This document shows positions 38,596-48,204 of a stretch of 64,000 bases of DNA, piece by piece. The position numbers were made by a program, and so were the translations under genes. The DNA is from Planctomycetota bacterium (GTDB lineage: Bacteria; Planctomycetota; UBA8108; SXIK01): positions 4,224,001 through 4,288,000 of the forward strand of contig CBDCXR010000004.1 in NCBI GenBank assembly GCA_965223845.1. The letters run 5' to 3'. How positions within the stretch are numbered: position 1 is the stretch's first letter; every line of letters starts with the position of its first letter. The notes beneath the pieces were generated by a model. The model made no database searches, was not told the origin of the DNA, and saw only the letters and a program-made list of their open reading frames with translations.

Positions 38596-39747
38596 ATGGC
38601 AAGACCGCGCAGAAGCTCGACTCCCTGGGTCGTCGTGACTCTTCTCTTGATCGGCGTGTACGGGCTCGCGGTCTACCTTCAGGTCGAGGGCTATCTGCGA
38701 TTGCCGTTCGAGCTGCCGCTCGTTTCCCAATTTCAGAGGGCTACTTCCGAGGGAGCGGTCGACGCACAGTCGAACGCGCGTGGAAAAATCGCGGTGCCGA
38801 TGTCTGCAGCAGATATTCCTGCCTACACAAAGCTTCGCCGAGAGCACATGTGGGATTCCAAGCGGGGCAGGTTTACCACCATTCTGTTGGACGAAGACGA
38901 CGTCCCGGCGGCCGTACTCCGAGATTTTTCCGAGATCGTGGGGCGTGTTCTCGACCATGACAAACCAGCAGGCTACGTGTTCACCGAGGACGATTTCTAT
39001 CCGAAGGGAACGCGAGAAGGGCTGGTCGCAGGGATCCCGCCGAACAAGATGATGTTGTTGGTCGAGGCGAACAAGGTGAAGGGGCTCTTCGGACTCAGGC
39101 CGGGAGATCGGTTCGACATAGTCCGCACGATCCCCGTCGATTCGAAGGGCGGCGCGGTGTCCCGAGAGACTGCCGGGCCCTACGGGGATCAGATCTCGCT
39201 CGCCATGAAGTTGTCCAACTGGGACAAGCAGGCTGAGGTCCGCGTTGTGGTTCGAGACGGCGTAGTGGTGACTCCGGTGAAGACGAGAGCCAAGCCGACC
39301 TCGAGTCAGAGCCTCACCAGAGGAGCCGTTGCCCGTTCCGTGCCGATCCAAGAGATTTATATCGCGGTTGCTCCCGAGGAAGCGGCGCCGTTGAGCGAGG
39401 CAATGGCGGTTGGTGCCGACGTGAGAGCGGTGATTCGATCGGGTCATGCTACCGTGCCTGCGAACATAGGCGTCTCGGATCTTCAACCACGCAATCCTCT
39501 CAACGACCTGATGTCGGCTTTGATCCCCGCCGACACGGCGTCTTCGAACGGGACGTTTAGGCCAGCGGTCGCAGGTTCGTTCCGACTCGTCGAACGCGTA
39601 GAAGACGGCCGACGTCAGCTCGTGACCGTTCCCGGTTTCGTAGATCGTCAGAACCAGGAACGGTGGGACGGCCAGATTCGCGTCGTCCCTGCTGCGGGTT
39701 CGCTCGACACCACGGAAAGCGGAACGCAAGGTGAGCGGGACGAGTAG
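38596..39747 (+). CDS. cpaB: CpaB/RcpC-like pilus assembly protein (SAF domain)
   Basis: N-terminal TM; DIPAYTKL SAF-like motif, LRPGDRFDI and IAVAPEEA motifs; operon position. Confidence 0.8.
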   Translation: MARPRRSSTPWVVVTLLLIGVYGLAVYLQVEGYLRLPFELPLVSQFQRATSEGAVDAQSNARGKIAVPMSAADIPAYTKLRREHMWDSKRGRFTTILLDEDDVPAAVLRDFSEIVGRVLDHDKPAGYVFTEDDFYPKGTREGLVAGIPPNKMMLLVEANKVKGLFGLRPGDRFDIVRTIPVDSKGGAVSRETAGPYGDQISLAMKLSNWDKQAEVRVVVRDGVVVTPVKTRAKPTSSQSLTRGAVARSVPIQEIYIAVAPEEAAPLSEAMAVGADVRAVIRSGHATVPANIGVSDLQPRNPLNDLMSALIPADTASSNGTFRPAVAGSFRLVERVEDGRRQLVTVPGFVDRQNQERWDGQIRVVPAAGSLDTTESGTQGERDE

Positions 39748-39756
39748 GAATCGCCG

Positions 39757-41052
39757 ATGCAGATTCTGTTGGTTAGCTCTGATCCATCGCTCCGCGAGGA
39801 ATTCGAGGCCGCACTCGAAAACCTAAAGGAATTCAGTCCCTCCGTCCTCACGGCCGACAGCCCACGACAGGGGGTCGAGGTCGCACGGATTCGACGCCCA
39901 AACCTCGTCCTCATCGAAATGGACGCGAACGGAGGACGGCTCGACCGGTTCGCGTCGGAAATCTCGGCCCACGCACCTCGCACTCTCATCGGCGCGGTGT
40001 ATCGCGCAGACGTGCTCGGGTCAGGAAGCTCGGAAACCGCAATCATCTCGGGCGTTCGAGCCGGCGTGAGCGACTTTCTTCGCCGCCCTCTTTCCAGTGT
40101 GGAAATCGAGCAGTTGCTCATTCGCGCGCGGCACCGAAACGCGCGCCAGGCCCCGGTCGCCCGAGGCCTCATCGTGTCGGTTTCCAGCACGAAAGGAGGG
40201 GTTGGAAAGTCGACGCTCGCAGTCAACAGTGCATGCCTTCTCGCGCGCCGCGCGCCCGGGCGAGTGCTGCTTGTCGATGCATCCCTTCAGCTCGGCGTGT
40301 GCGCACGAATGCTCGACCTCGAAACGAAGACGACCATCACCGACGCGACGCAGGAACTCGATCGGCTGGATCCCACGCTACTGCGTGAGTTGGCGCTCCA
40401 CCACGACAGCGGGCTGCATCTCCTTGCGGCGCCCAAGGATCCAGTCGGCTCGACGGAGGTGAACGACGAGGCTATCGCCCGTGTCTTGGCGACTGCGCGT
40501 CAAGCCTACGAGTATGTCGTGGTCGACACCTTCCCACTTCTGGAATCGGTGGTGCTTGCCGTGCTCGATCTCAGCGACCTCGCCTACCTCGTCTTTCAAG
40601 GCACGGTTCCCTGCGTCCTTGGCCATGTCGGATATCTTCGGGCGCTTGAGAACGTCGGAATTGATGTGAATCGACAACGTCTCGTGTTGAGTCGAAACCA
40701 CGCGCGGTTTTCTGGTGATCTGTCGCTCAGCGATATCGTCCGCAAACTCGGTCGCGACATCGATCACGTCATTCCGTACCAACGGCGCATACTGAGCTCC
40801 ATGAACACTGGTGAACCCTACGTGCTGCGACACCGAGGATTATTCGGGTTCGGACGCGCAGTGCGGAATCTTGTTCACGAAATTGTTCAGGAGCGGGAGG
40901 CTCAAAGCATTAACGGAGATCAGAAGAACGCGCACTCATCCGAATCCTCCCCCGCGGATCACGCCGAAGGAGATTCTGTCCGAGTGCGTGAACCAGATTT
41001 CAGAGCTCCACAGCAGCAGGGTTCGACTCGCTCATCGGAGGTTAATCAATGA
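39757..41052 (+). CDS. cpaE: CpaE/TadZ receiver-like plus ParA/MinD ATPase
   Basis: N-terminal receiver-like domain; KGGVGKST deviant Walker A; SGLHLLAAP. Confidence 0.9.
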   Translation: MQILLVSSDPSLREEFEAALENLKEFSPSVLTADSPRQGVEVARIRRPNLVLIEMDANGGRLDRFASEISAHAPRTLIGAVYRADVLGSGSSETAIISGVRAGVSDFLRRPLSSVEIEQLLIRARHRNARQAPVARGLIVSVSSTKGGVGKSTLAVNSACLLARRAPGRVLLVDASLQLGVCARMLDLETKTTITDATQELDRLDPTLLRELALHHDSGLHLLAAPKDPVGSTEVNDEAIARVLATARQAYEYVVVDTFPLLESVVLAVLDLSDLAYLVFQGTVPCVLGHVGYLRALENVGIDVNRQRLVLSRNHARFSGDLSLSDIVRKLGRDIDHVIPYQRRILSSMNTGEPYVLRHRGLFGFGRAVRNLVHEIVQEREAQSINGDQKNAHSSESSPADHAEGDSVRVREPDFRAPQQQGSTRSSEVNQ

Positions 41053-42479
41053 GCGGCGCGAACGACACGAGTGACACGGAGGCGTCGATCCGGGACCGGA
41101 TACGGTCTCAAGGACGAGAAAAGCCGGTTCGGCTTCGAAAGAAAAGATCCGATGAGTCGCTCTCGGATCGCTCCCGAACGAACGTGCGGTCGACAGTGCC
41201 CGCCTCGGCGACGGACTACGTGGCGATCAAAGCCGGACTCCAGCGACGTCTTCTCGAGGAGATCTCCGAGCGCAACGTTCTGAACGAATCCGATGATGCG
41301 CTTGCGGGGGCGGTCGACGAGTTCGTCTCTCGGGTGCTCGAGACAGAGAAAATCCCGCTCAACCGAAGCGAACGGGACCGTCTTGCCGACGAACTGCGCG
41401 AGGAAACGACCGGTGCGGGACCGCTGGCTCCGCTCATGGCAGATCCGGCGGTGACGGACATCCTCGTAAACGGTCCGCGTAAGGTGTACGTCGAGAGATT
41501 CGGGCTCCTCGAGCGAGCCGGTGTGCAGTTTAGAGATGCCGAGCACATCGTTCGGGTGATCGAGCGAATCGCGGCTCGGATCGGGCGGCGTATCGATGCG
41601 AGCGCACCGCTCTTGGATGCGCGCTTGCCCGATGGTAGTCGTGTCAACGCGACGATCCCCCCGATTTCCATCGATAGTCCGACGATCTCGATCCGCCGTT
41701 TCGGTCAGCGTCGCCTCCGCTCGCAGGACCTTCTTCAACTGGGGATGTACTCGGTCGACATGATCGAGTTTCTCGCGCATGCCGTGAGAGCTCGAATGAG
41801 TGTCCTGGTCTCGGGCGGGACCGGCGCCGGAAAGTCCACACTGCTCGGAGCTCTCTGCGAGTCTATTCCGGATCTCGAACGAATCGTAACGATCGAGGAT
41901 ACGGCCGAGTTGCTGCTTGACCAAGAACACGTGGTGCGCATGGAGAGTAGGCCCTCCAACACCGAAGGGCGAGGCCGCATCACGACGCGAGATCTTGTCA
42001 TCAATTCGCTCCGGATGCGTCCGGATCGCATCATCGTCGGAGAGGTCAGGGGCGGCGAAGCTCTAGATATGCTTCAGGCTCTCAACACGGGCCATGACGG
42101 TGGTCTCTCTACGATCCACGCGAACTCCCCGCGGGATGCCTTGTCTCGTCTCGAGACCATGGTGTTGATGTCGGGGCTCGATCTGCCGTCTAGGGCCATC
42201 CGCGAGCAAATTGTCGCGGCCCTGCGATTTGTGGTGCACGTTCGTCGTTTCGAAGACGGAGTGCGACGAGTCGAGAACGTATCTGAGATCGTTGGCTTGG
42301 AGGGCGCAACGCCCCTCCTCAACGAGGTGTTTCGTTTTGAGCGGCGCGGCTTCGAACGCAATCGCGTGATGGGCGCGTACCGACCCACGGGTATCGTTCC
42401 GAGGCTCGTCGACGAGTTGGGCCGCCGCGGCGTCAAGATTCCCGTGGACATGTTCCAACCTCCGCAGGAGAGAACATGA
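41049..42479 (+). CDS. cpaF: CpaF/TadA pilus assembly ATPase
   Basis: GGTGAGKST, TIEDTAEL, LRMRPDRIIVGEVRG and NTGHDG motifs. Confidence 0.95.
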   Translation: MSGANDTSDTEASIRDRIRSQGREKPVRLRKKRSDESLSDRSRTNVRSTVPASATDYVAIKAGLQRRLLEEISERNVLNESDDALAGAVDEFVSRVLETEKIPLNRSERDRLADELREETTGAGPLAPLMADPAVTDILVNGPRKVYVERFGLLERAGVQFRDAEHIVRVIERIAARIGRRIDASAPLLDARLPDGSRVNATIPPISIDSPTISIRRFGQRRLRSQDLLQLGMYSVDMIEFLAHAVRARMSVLVSGGTGAGKSTLLGALCESIPDLERIVTIEDTAELLLDQEHVVRMESRPSNTEGRGRITTRDLVINSLRMRPDRIIVGEVRGGEALDMLQALNTGHDGGLSTIHANSPRDALSRLETMVLMSGLDLPSRAIREQIVAALRFVVHVRRFEDGVRRVENVSEIVGLEGATPLLNEVFRFERRGFERNRVMGAYRPTGIVPRLVDELGRRGVKIPVDMFQPPQERT

Positions 42480-43339
42480 CGCACCCCGCCCTCTGGTTGA
42501 CCGGACTTGCCGGAATCAGCTTGATCGTGGTGGCCGTTCGCCGCCGGAGCACCTACAGAACTGCCCTAACTCAGCTGACGCGGGACGAGGTCGAGGAAGA
42601 CCGGTTTCAAGACGAGCAAGAGACCGCCCCACGACCTGCCCTATCGCCTCCCAAGCACTGGGTGGCAGTCGCCCTGTCGCTTTCGAGCGGAGCGGTGTTG
42701 TATCTCGTCGCTGATTTGCCGATCGTCTTCGCGATTACACTCTCCTTGATCGTCGGCATAAGTGCGTTCGTTGTCGTCGAGTCAGTTCGTGAAAGAAAAC
42801 TACTACGTCTCGAAAGGCAACTGGCGGACACGGTCGATCTGCTCGTCGCATCTCTTCGAGCCGGAGCAGGGATCATGGACGCACTAGAGGATGCCGTGCG
42901 GGAATCGAGAAGACCGCTGCGGGGAGTCCTGGAGGCGACTCTCACACGACTACGCTATGGAGATTCACCGCACCGGGTATTCAGCGAGTTCGCGGAGTCG
43001 ATCTCGCTCGAATCAGTACGACTCTTCTCTCTCTCCTTGTCTGTTCACTGGGAAGTCGGCGGCAGCCTTGCGTCGAGCCTCTCTAGCGTCGGACGCTTCA
43101 TCAGGGACCGCGTCGAGGCTCAACGCAGCGTCTCCACGCAGGGCGCGCAGGTTCGGGCGTCAGTGATCGGCGTGACTCTCGTCGCGTACTTTATTGCCAT
43201 CATCGTTTGGCGGTCACGGCCCGACGCCATGGCTGCGTTTCTTACGACAACCGTGGGGACTTGGCTGACGTCGGTAGCTCTCATGCTTCAAGCATTGGGG
43301 CTGTTCTGGATGTTCAAGCTAAGCCGCATTCGATACTGA
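42476..43339 (+). CDS. tadB: TadB inner-membrane platform protein
   Basis: T2SSF-like LVASLRAG and EVGGSLA motifs; TM helices. Confidence 0.88.
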   Translation: MTHPALWLTGLAGISLIVVAVRRRSTYRTALTQLTRDEVEEDRFQDEQETAPRPALSPPKHWVAVALSLSSGAVLYLVADLPIVFAITLSLIVGISAFVVVESVRERKLLRLERQLADTVDLLVASLRAGAGIMDALEDAVRESRRPLRGVLEATLTRLRYGDSPHRVFSEFAESISLESVRLFSLSLSVHWEVGGSLASSLSSVGRFIRDRVEAQRSVSTQGAQVRASVIGVTLVAYFIAIIVWRSRPDAMAAFLTTTVGTWLTSVALMLQALGLFWMFKLSRIRY

Positions 43340-43353
43340 CAGGAAACGCTCTT

Positions 43354-44271
43354 GTGAACGACGCCGTCGTATGGCTGACAGCCTCCGCGGGCGTAGCGCT
43401 GCTCTTGATCGGGATATGGCGCTCGCGAGGGCGACAACCGATCCGAGCAAGGCTTTTCGAGGACGATTCCGCCCCCTCGCTGCCTCCCCCTGTCGACGTA
43501 GCCTCTTCAGCGCCATTGGATTCGTGGATCAGCCGGTGGCTTTACGTTGCCGGGTTCAGACACAGACGATCGACCACCGTTTTTCTCCTCTGGGCCGCGT
43601 TTGCGGCGTTCGTCGGTGGGATGGCCGGCTACGCGCTACAGAGTTCGGGGTTCCTCGATCTGGGTGCGCAGTGGCTCGCCGAAGTTCCTGGAGGACTTGG
43701 CGAGCTCTTCCTTCCGGCGATCGTTCTGGCGCCTTGGATTGTCTTCGCGATCGTGTCGTCGATCCCATGGCTCCACGTGAGAGCGTCACGCCGGCGAATT
43801 GTGAACGAAATCGAGCAAGATCTGCCCATAACGGCGGAGCTCCTCGCAACCCTCGGCGAGGCGGGGCTCGGGTTCGACTCGGCCGTCGACCGAATCCTCG
43901 CCTCAAAACAGAAGCACCGCGCATTGGCATCCGAGCTCGGTGCGTTTCGGCGAGATCTTTTGGCAGGACTTCCTCGCATCCAAGCTCTTCGCCGGCTTGC
44001 GGTTCGCGTTGATCTTCCGGCTGTATCGACAGTCGTTTCGGCTCTCGTGCAGGCGGAGCAGGTAGGAGCAGGGCTCGCGAGCGTGCTCCGGAACGAAGCT
44101 GACGACTTGAGAAACCGTCGACGCGAGCGGGCTCTTCGCGTTGCGCAGGCGTTGCCGGTCAAGCTCACCGTGCCGCTAGTCCTCTGTTTTTTCCCGGCGA
44201 TCGTCATTGCGGTTCTGGGCCCTACGTTCTTCGAGATCTTTCAGATGCTCGAAACTTATCTGGCTCGCTGA
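43354..44271 (+). CDS. tadC: TadC inner-membrane platform protein
   Basis: EAGLGFDSA, LVQAEQVG and KLTVPLVLCFFPA motifs; start inferred at GTG 43354. Confidence 0.88.
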   Translation: MNDAVVWLTASAGVALLLIGIWRSRGRQPIRARLFEDDSAPSLPPPVDVASSAPLDSWISRWLYVAGFRHRRSTTVFLLWAAFAAFVGGMAGYALQSSGFLDLGAQWLAEVPGGLGELFLPAIVLAPWIVFAIVSSIPWLHVRASRRRIVNEIEQDLPITAELLATLGEAGLGFDSAVDRILASKQKHRALASELGAFRRDLLAGLPRIQALRRLAVRVDLPAVSTVVSALVQAEQVGAGLASVLRNEADDLRNRRRERALRVAQALPVKLTVPLVLCFFPAIVIAVLGPTFFEIFQMLETYLAR

Positions 44272-44282
44272 GCGGGGAACGA

Positions 44283-44975
44283 ATGAACGAATCAGGCTCC
44301 TACTTCAAGTCTCTGCTCTTGCGAGCATGCACGGCGGCCGTTCTCGGGGCGTATAGCGTCGCCTCCGGTTGCGCCACGATGACGCTCGAAGGGCCAGACG
44401 ATCCGGCTAGCGAGCTGAGATCGCTGCTCGACGAGCTCGAGTCCCGCACAGACGAGGGCAACCATGGAGAGGACGCAAGGCGAAGGCTCGCCAGGCTCTC
44501 GGCCAAGTATCCGCGCGACGTCGACATCCATCTAGCGAATGCAGTGTACGCAGCGCAGGACGCGGATCCCGCCGGTGCGAGGTTCCATCTCGACGCGCTC
44601 TTTCGCATCGTTTCCGTTCATCCAGAGGCTGCACTCCTTCGAGCTGAGCTTGCGATGAAGGAAGGAAACCTCCCGCTCGCGTTGCGAGTACTCGACGAAC
44701 AGATTCGTCTCGTCCCCGATCATCCTGGCTTACGCGAGACCCGTGGATCGGTGTACTACTTTCGGGGCGAATACCGAGCCGCTTGGGAGGAACTGCAGCG
44801 GGCTTTGAGCCTCGGCGCGCCTGGTTGGCGAGTGGCTTATCACAAAGGCTTAGTAGCCGAGGCGGAGGGGAGGTCCGAGGACGCTCGGACGCTCTACGAA
44901 AACAGCCTCCGTCTGAATCCTGACTTCCAACCCGCTGCGTCGCGCGCTCGCGCGCTAAGCGAGGCTGGGGAGTAG
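44283..44975 (+). CDS. tadD: TPR lipoprotein, TadD-like pilotin
   Basis: Lipobox VASGC; TPR repeats; last gene of the tad operon. Confidence 0.75.
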   Translation: MNESGSYFKSLLLRACTAAVLGAYSVASGCATMTLEGPDDPASELRSLLDELESRTDEGNHGEDARRRLARLSAKYPRDVDIHLANAVYAAQDADPAGARFHLDALFRIVSVHPEAALLRAELAMKEGNLPLALRVLDEQIRLVPDHPGLRETRGSVYYFRGEYRAAWEELQRALSLGAPGWRVAYHKGLVAEAEGRSEDARTLYENSLRLNPDFQPAASRARALSEAGE

Positions 44976-45089
44976 GCGCATCGACACAAGTAGATCGGCG
45001 GGCCATAGGTCGCGAACACTCGTCCGCATCGTGCCCAAGGATTCATACGAGTCCGTGCCCTCTAAGCGGGATTGCTCTCAGGGCAGCTC

Positions 45090-45345
45090 GCCCGATGGAC
45101 ATCGGGCAGAATGGGCGCGAGTCAACGAGCGACCGTTTCGCCCCGGGTCGCGACCGCTCCCTCACGCTGCGCGCGATCGAACGCCTAGTCGATACCGCCC
45201 GACTGGTGCTGGAGAGCGCGTCGTGCGCTTGCCTGCACGATCGCCGAACCTGAACGCCTCCGCCGAGCGACTCGTGCTCTCGATCGAAAGTGAGCGACTT
45301 TGCCGAATGACCTTCTTCACGGACGGTTCGCTTCGGCGAGCCTCC
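45090..45345 (+). mobile_element. Degenerate family-1-type remnant
   Basis: Leader motif GACCGTTTCGCCCCGGGTCGCGACCGCTCC, then [24 protein letters not shown]...FFTDGSLRRA. Confidence 0.75.
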
Positions 45346-45569
45346 AATCGTTCGAGGTGCAGCGCCGAGGTACGCGACGCGGCTCCGGAGGCACATCGAT
45401 CCATCCTGCAAGCGGCTGTGTTTTTGCCAAAAACGGACCTTCGATCTGCGACAATGGAGCGTTTGTCGGTCAACGGAGCCCGCGGGCTTGCTCCCGCAGG
45501 GCGAGAAGGATTGCTGCATCCCCAAAATGCCAGCCGGTGCGCGGAGAACGAGAAAGAGAACGCGAAGCT

Positions 45570-48077
45570 ATGAGAACGAATTCGATGACCGTTGCCTGCG
45601 GGGCGCTGATCGCCCTGGCGACTGGGATCTCGAGTGTTTGGGCGACCGGGCAAAAGGACACGCCAGAGACCGCGCTCACGAGGGCTCGAAAGCTCGAGGC
45701 CTGGTACACAGATCAACTCGAGAGTCTGCGCACGGAACTCACCGCCGAACTACCTCAGGGCGATCGGGCGAACGCCGACACGCTGAATCAGCTCTTGGCG
45801 AGCGATGTCCGGGACGCCAAGCTCGTCAAGTTCGTCGTCTTGCTCGAGGCCACGCCGCAAGGCCTAGCCGAGTTTGCCCGGCAGGGAAAAGAACAGGAAG
45901 CGCTTATCGAGAGACTGCTGGCGGACACCGGACTCATGAAGCAGATGCTGGTGGCCGACGGCGCGAAGGCCAAACGCGAAGGGCGCGGCTACGGCCCGGC
46001 GCAGTACGGGCAGGCGATGAAAATCTATTCCGACATCCAGAGAGTGAGCGAGAAAGCCTCCGCCGGTGTTCTTCAGCGACTGGCACTCGCCATCGGCCTC
46101 GAGCACGCGGTTCCGATCAGACAAGCGAACCCTGCGGCCCGGACCGACGCGCCCGAAACCATCGACCCGGTTCATCGCTATCTCCACTACGAGAAGGCAT
46201 ACGGGGGCGGAGAACTAGACCCGGCGTTCGAACGCCTGAGCACCTGGGAGCTCCGCATGGTCATCAACGGAGACGAACCGGACGAGACCCTCGCTTGGGG
46301 ACGCGAGATGCTTCGAAACTTCCGACCCGATCACATCTTCGACACGGACGAGGGCTGGCGTTACGTGAGCATCGTCAGGTCCGACGTCAAGTACGGGTCA
46401 GAGAACGTCAAACACGACAGACCCGAGCTTCAGAAGTATCAGAATATCCTCATGAACGGCGGCGTGTGCGGTCGTCGGGCGTTCATCGGGCGTTTCATTC
46501 TGCGCGCCTTCGGAGTCCCGACCATCGCTCGTCCCAGTCGCGGTCACGGAGCCTTGGCGCACTCGACGCCCCGGGGCTGGGTCGTCAATCTCGGCGGAGA
46601 CTGGGGTTGCGGCTGGACCAACACTCCTTACAGGAAGGATCTCGATTTCCTCGCAACCACACAGGCGCGAAACAGCCGAGAGGCCTATCTGACCGTCAAG
46701 CGAGCGCGGTGGATCGGTGACGTCCTCGGAGAGAAGCGAACCTTCGGAGAAGGTGAAGGCACCCCCGCGTTTTGGAACGGCGTGGCGCTCCGAACGCAGC
46801 GCGCAATCATTGACGAGGCCGAGGCCGTTACGCTCGACGCACTCGGCGAGGACCTCGGCGAGGCCAACGAATCCACGGTGGCGGAGGCGGTCCTCGCTTC
46901 ACCGACTTCGGGTGAGGACAGGAAGATCACCTACGGCGAGGACGGCGTCATCTCGATTCCGGCCGCCGCGTACAGCAAGCCGTCGGGGAACACGCGGGAT
47001 GTGTTCGCCATGAAGAGCTTCGGCGGCGGCTTGCAGATCTTCCTCCCACGATTCTTCCCGCAGGGCAAGACGGTTTTACGCGGTGGTACGTGGAAGGGCG
47101 AACCTGACGCATGCACGTCCGGGAAGCGTCTCCTCAGCGGCGGCTACGGCAAATACGAAAACTGGGGCCTCCGAGCAGCCGTGTCATCCACCGGTAGCGA
47201 CACTCCGCGTGAGCTGACGCTCGATTTGGGTGACGGCATGATGATGGAGCTCGTCTACATCAAGCCCGGAACTTTTGTGATGGGTGGCGAAAGCAAGACC
47301 GACGGAAGGTTCCAGTGCGTCGAATTGCCGAAGCACGAGGTGCAGCTCACCAAGGGCTTCTATCTGGGCAAGTACGAGGTAACGCAGGCGCAGTACCAGG
47401 CCATCATGGGCTCGAACCCCAGCCGGTCCACCAAAGGCCCTGACTGTCCGGTGGACAATGTTGGCGAGGCGGACGCCCTCTCATTCTGTGGAAAGCTCGC
47501 CCAGAAGACCGGGCTCGACGTGCGACTCCCGACGGAAGCGGAGTGGGAATACGCCTCTCGCGCGGGCCGCGATACGAAATGGTTCTTTGGTGACGATCCC
47601 TCGCAACTCGGGGAGTACGCCTGGTTCAAGGGCAACGCGGGCGCCAAGTCCCATCCTGTCGGTCAAAAGAAGCCCAATCCTTGGGGGCTCTACGACATCT
47701 ACGGCAACGTCTGCGAGCGGATCTCGGACAAATACTCTCGAAGCTACTACTCGATCAGTCCCAAGGTCGACCCGACCGGGCCGAGCCAAGGGGTGAAGTC
47801 CCGTTTCGAGTACAAGGTCACCGTTCCGCGGACTGGGAAGTACGCGTTGACGGCGGTCGTGGTGACGGCCAACTACGACCAGCGGCTGAACGTGTCCGTC
47901 GGTGATGCCGGTCCTGAAACTACGCTGGAACTACCCTTCACACTCGGAACGTGGCAAAGCTCTGAACCGGTCACGCTCTCCCTCGAGAAGGGCGAGACCG
48001 TCCTGCGGTTTTCGCGCAACAAGCCCCCGCAGTACGGGGTGGCCGTCAAGTCGTTCGCGTTGGAGCCGGTGCGTTGA
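45570..48077 (+). CDS. Secreted multidomain protein: putative Cys-His catalytic domain, FGE-sulfatase (SUMF1-like) domain, CBM-like beta-sandwich
   Basis: Signal peptide; GGVCGRRA...RGHGA; ELVYIKPGTFVMG, YEVTQAQY, RLPTEAEWEYA and PNPWGLYDIYGNV motifs. Confidence 0.85.
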   Translation: MRTNSMTVACGALIALATGISSVWATGQKDTPETALTRARKLEAWYTDQLESLRTELTAELPQGDRANADTLNQLLASDVRDAKLVKFVVLLEATPQGLAEFARQGKEQEALIERLLADTGLMKQMLVADGAKAKREGRGYGPAQYGQAMKIYSDIQRVSEKASAGVLQRLALAIGLEHAVPIRQANPAARTDAPETIDPVHRYLHYEKAYGGGELDPAFERLSTWELRMVINGDEPDETLAWGREMLRNFRPDHIFDTDEGWRYVSIVRSDVKYGSENVKHDRPELQKYQNILMNGGVCGRRAFIGRFILRAFGVPTIARPSRGHGALAHSTPRGWVVNLGGDWGCGWTNTPYRKDLDFLATTQARNSREAYLTVKRARWIGDVLGEKRTFGEGEGTPAFWNGVALRTQRAIIDEAEAVTLDALGEDLGEANESTVAEAVLASPTSGEDRKITYGEDGVISIPAAAYSKPSGNTRDVFAMKSFGGGLQIFLPRFFPQGKTVLRGGTWKGEPDACTSGKRLLSGGYGKYENWGLRAAVSSTGSDTPRELTLDLGDGMMMELVYIKPGTFVMGGESKTDGRFQCVELPKHEVQLTKGFYLGKYEVTQAQYQAIMGSNPSRSTKGPDCPVDNVGEADALSFCGKLAQKTGLDVRLPTEAEWEYASRAGRDTKWFFGDDPSQLGEYAWFKGNAGAKSHPVGQKKPNPWGLYDIYGNVCERISDKYSRSYYSISPKVDPTGPSQGVKSRFEYKVTVPRTGKYALTAVVVTANYDQRLNVSVGDAGPETTLELPFTLGTWQSSEPVTLSLEKGETVLRFSRNKPPQYGVAVKSFALEPVR

Positions 48078-48204
48078 ACGGCGGACCGTCGCCAGGGACA
48101 ACATTCGCGAACTGCTGGCGAACGACGGATGCGAGCGCGGCAGCCCTCACTCCGTCTCGCTGAATCAGAAGCGTCTTGAGTCAACACTACGATAGGACGT
48201 CGCA

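Noticed and set aside
38533-39729. 398-aa minus-strand ORF and similar long antisense ORFs (20320-21462, 35125-36075, 54098-55048, 56260-57411, 62832-63974)
   Set aside because: Shadow frames of well-supported genes in high-GC DNA, with no motifs
45300-45569. N-terminal extension of the 925-aa ORF
   Set aside because: Overlaps an IS remnant; the signal peptide begins at ATG 45570
47212-47790. Diversity-generating retroelement target (FGE/CLec fold)
   Set aside because: No reverse transcriptase and no template/variable repeat pair seen in the window
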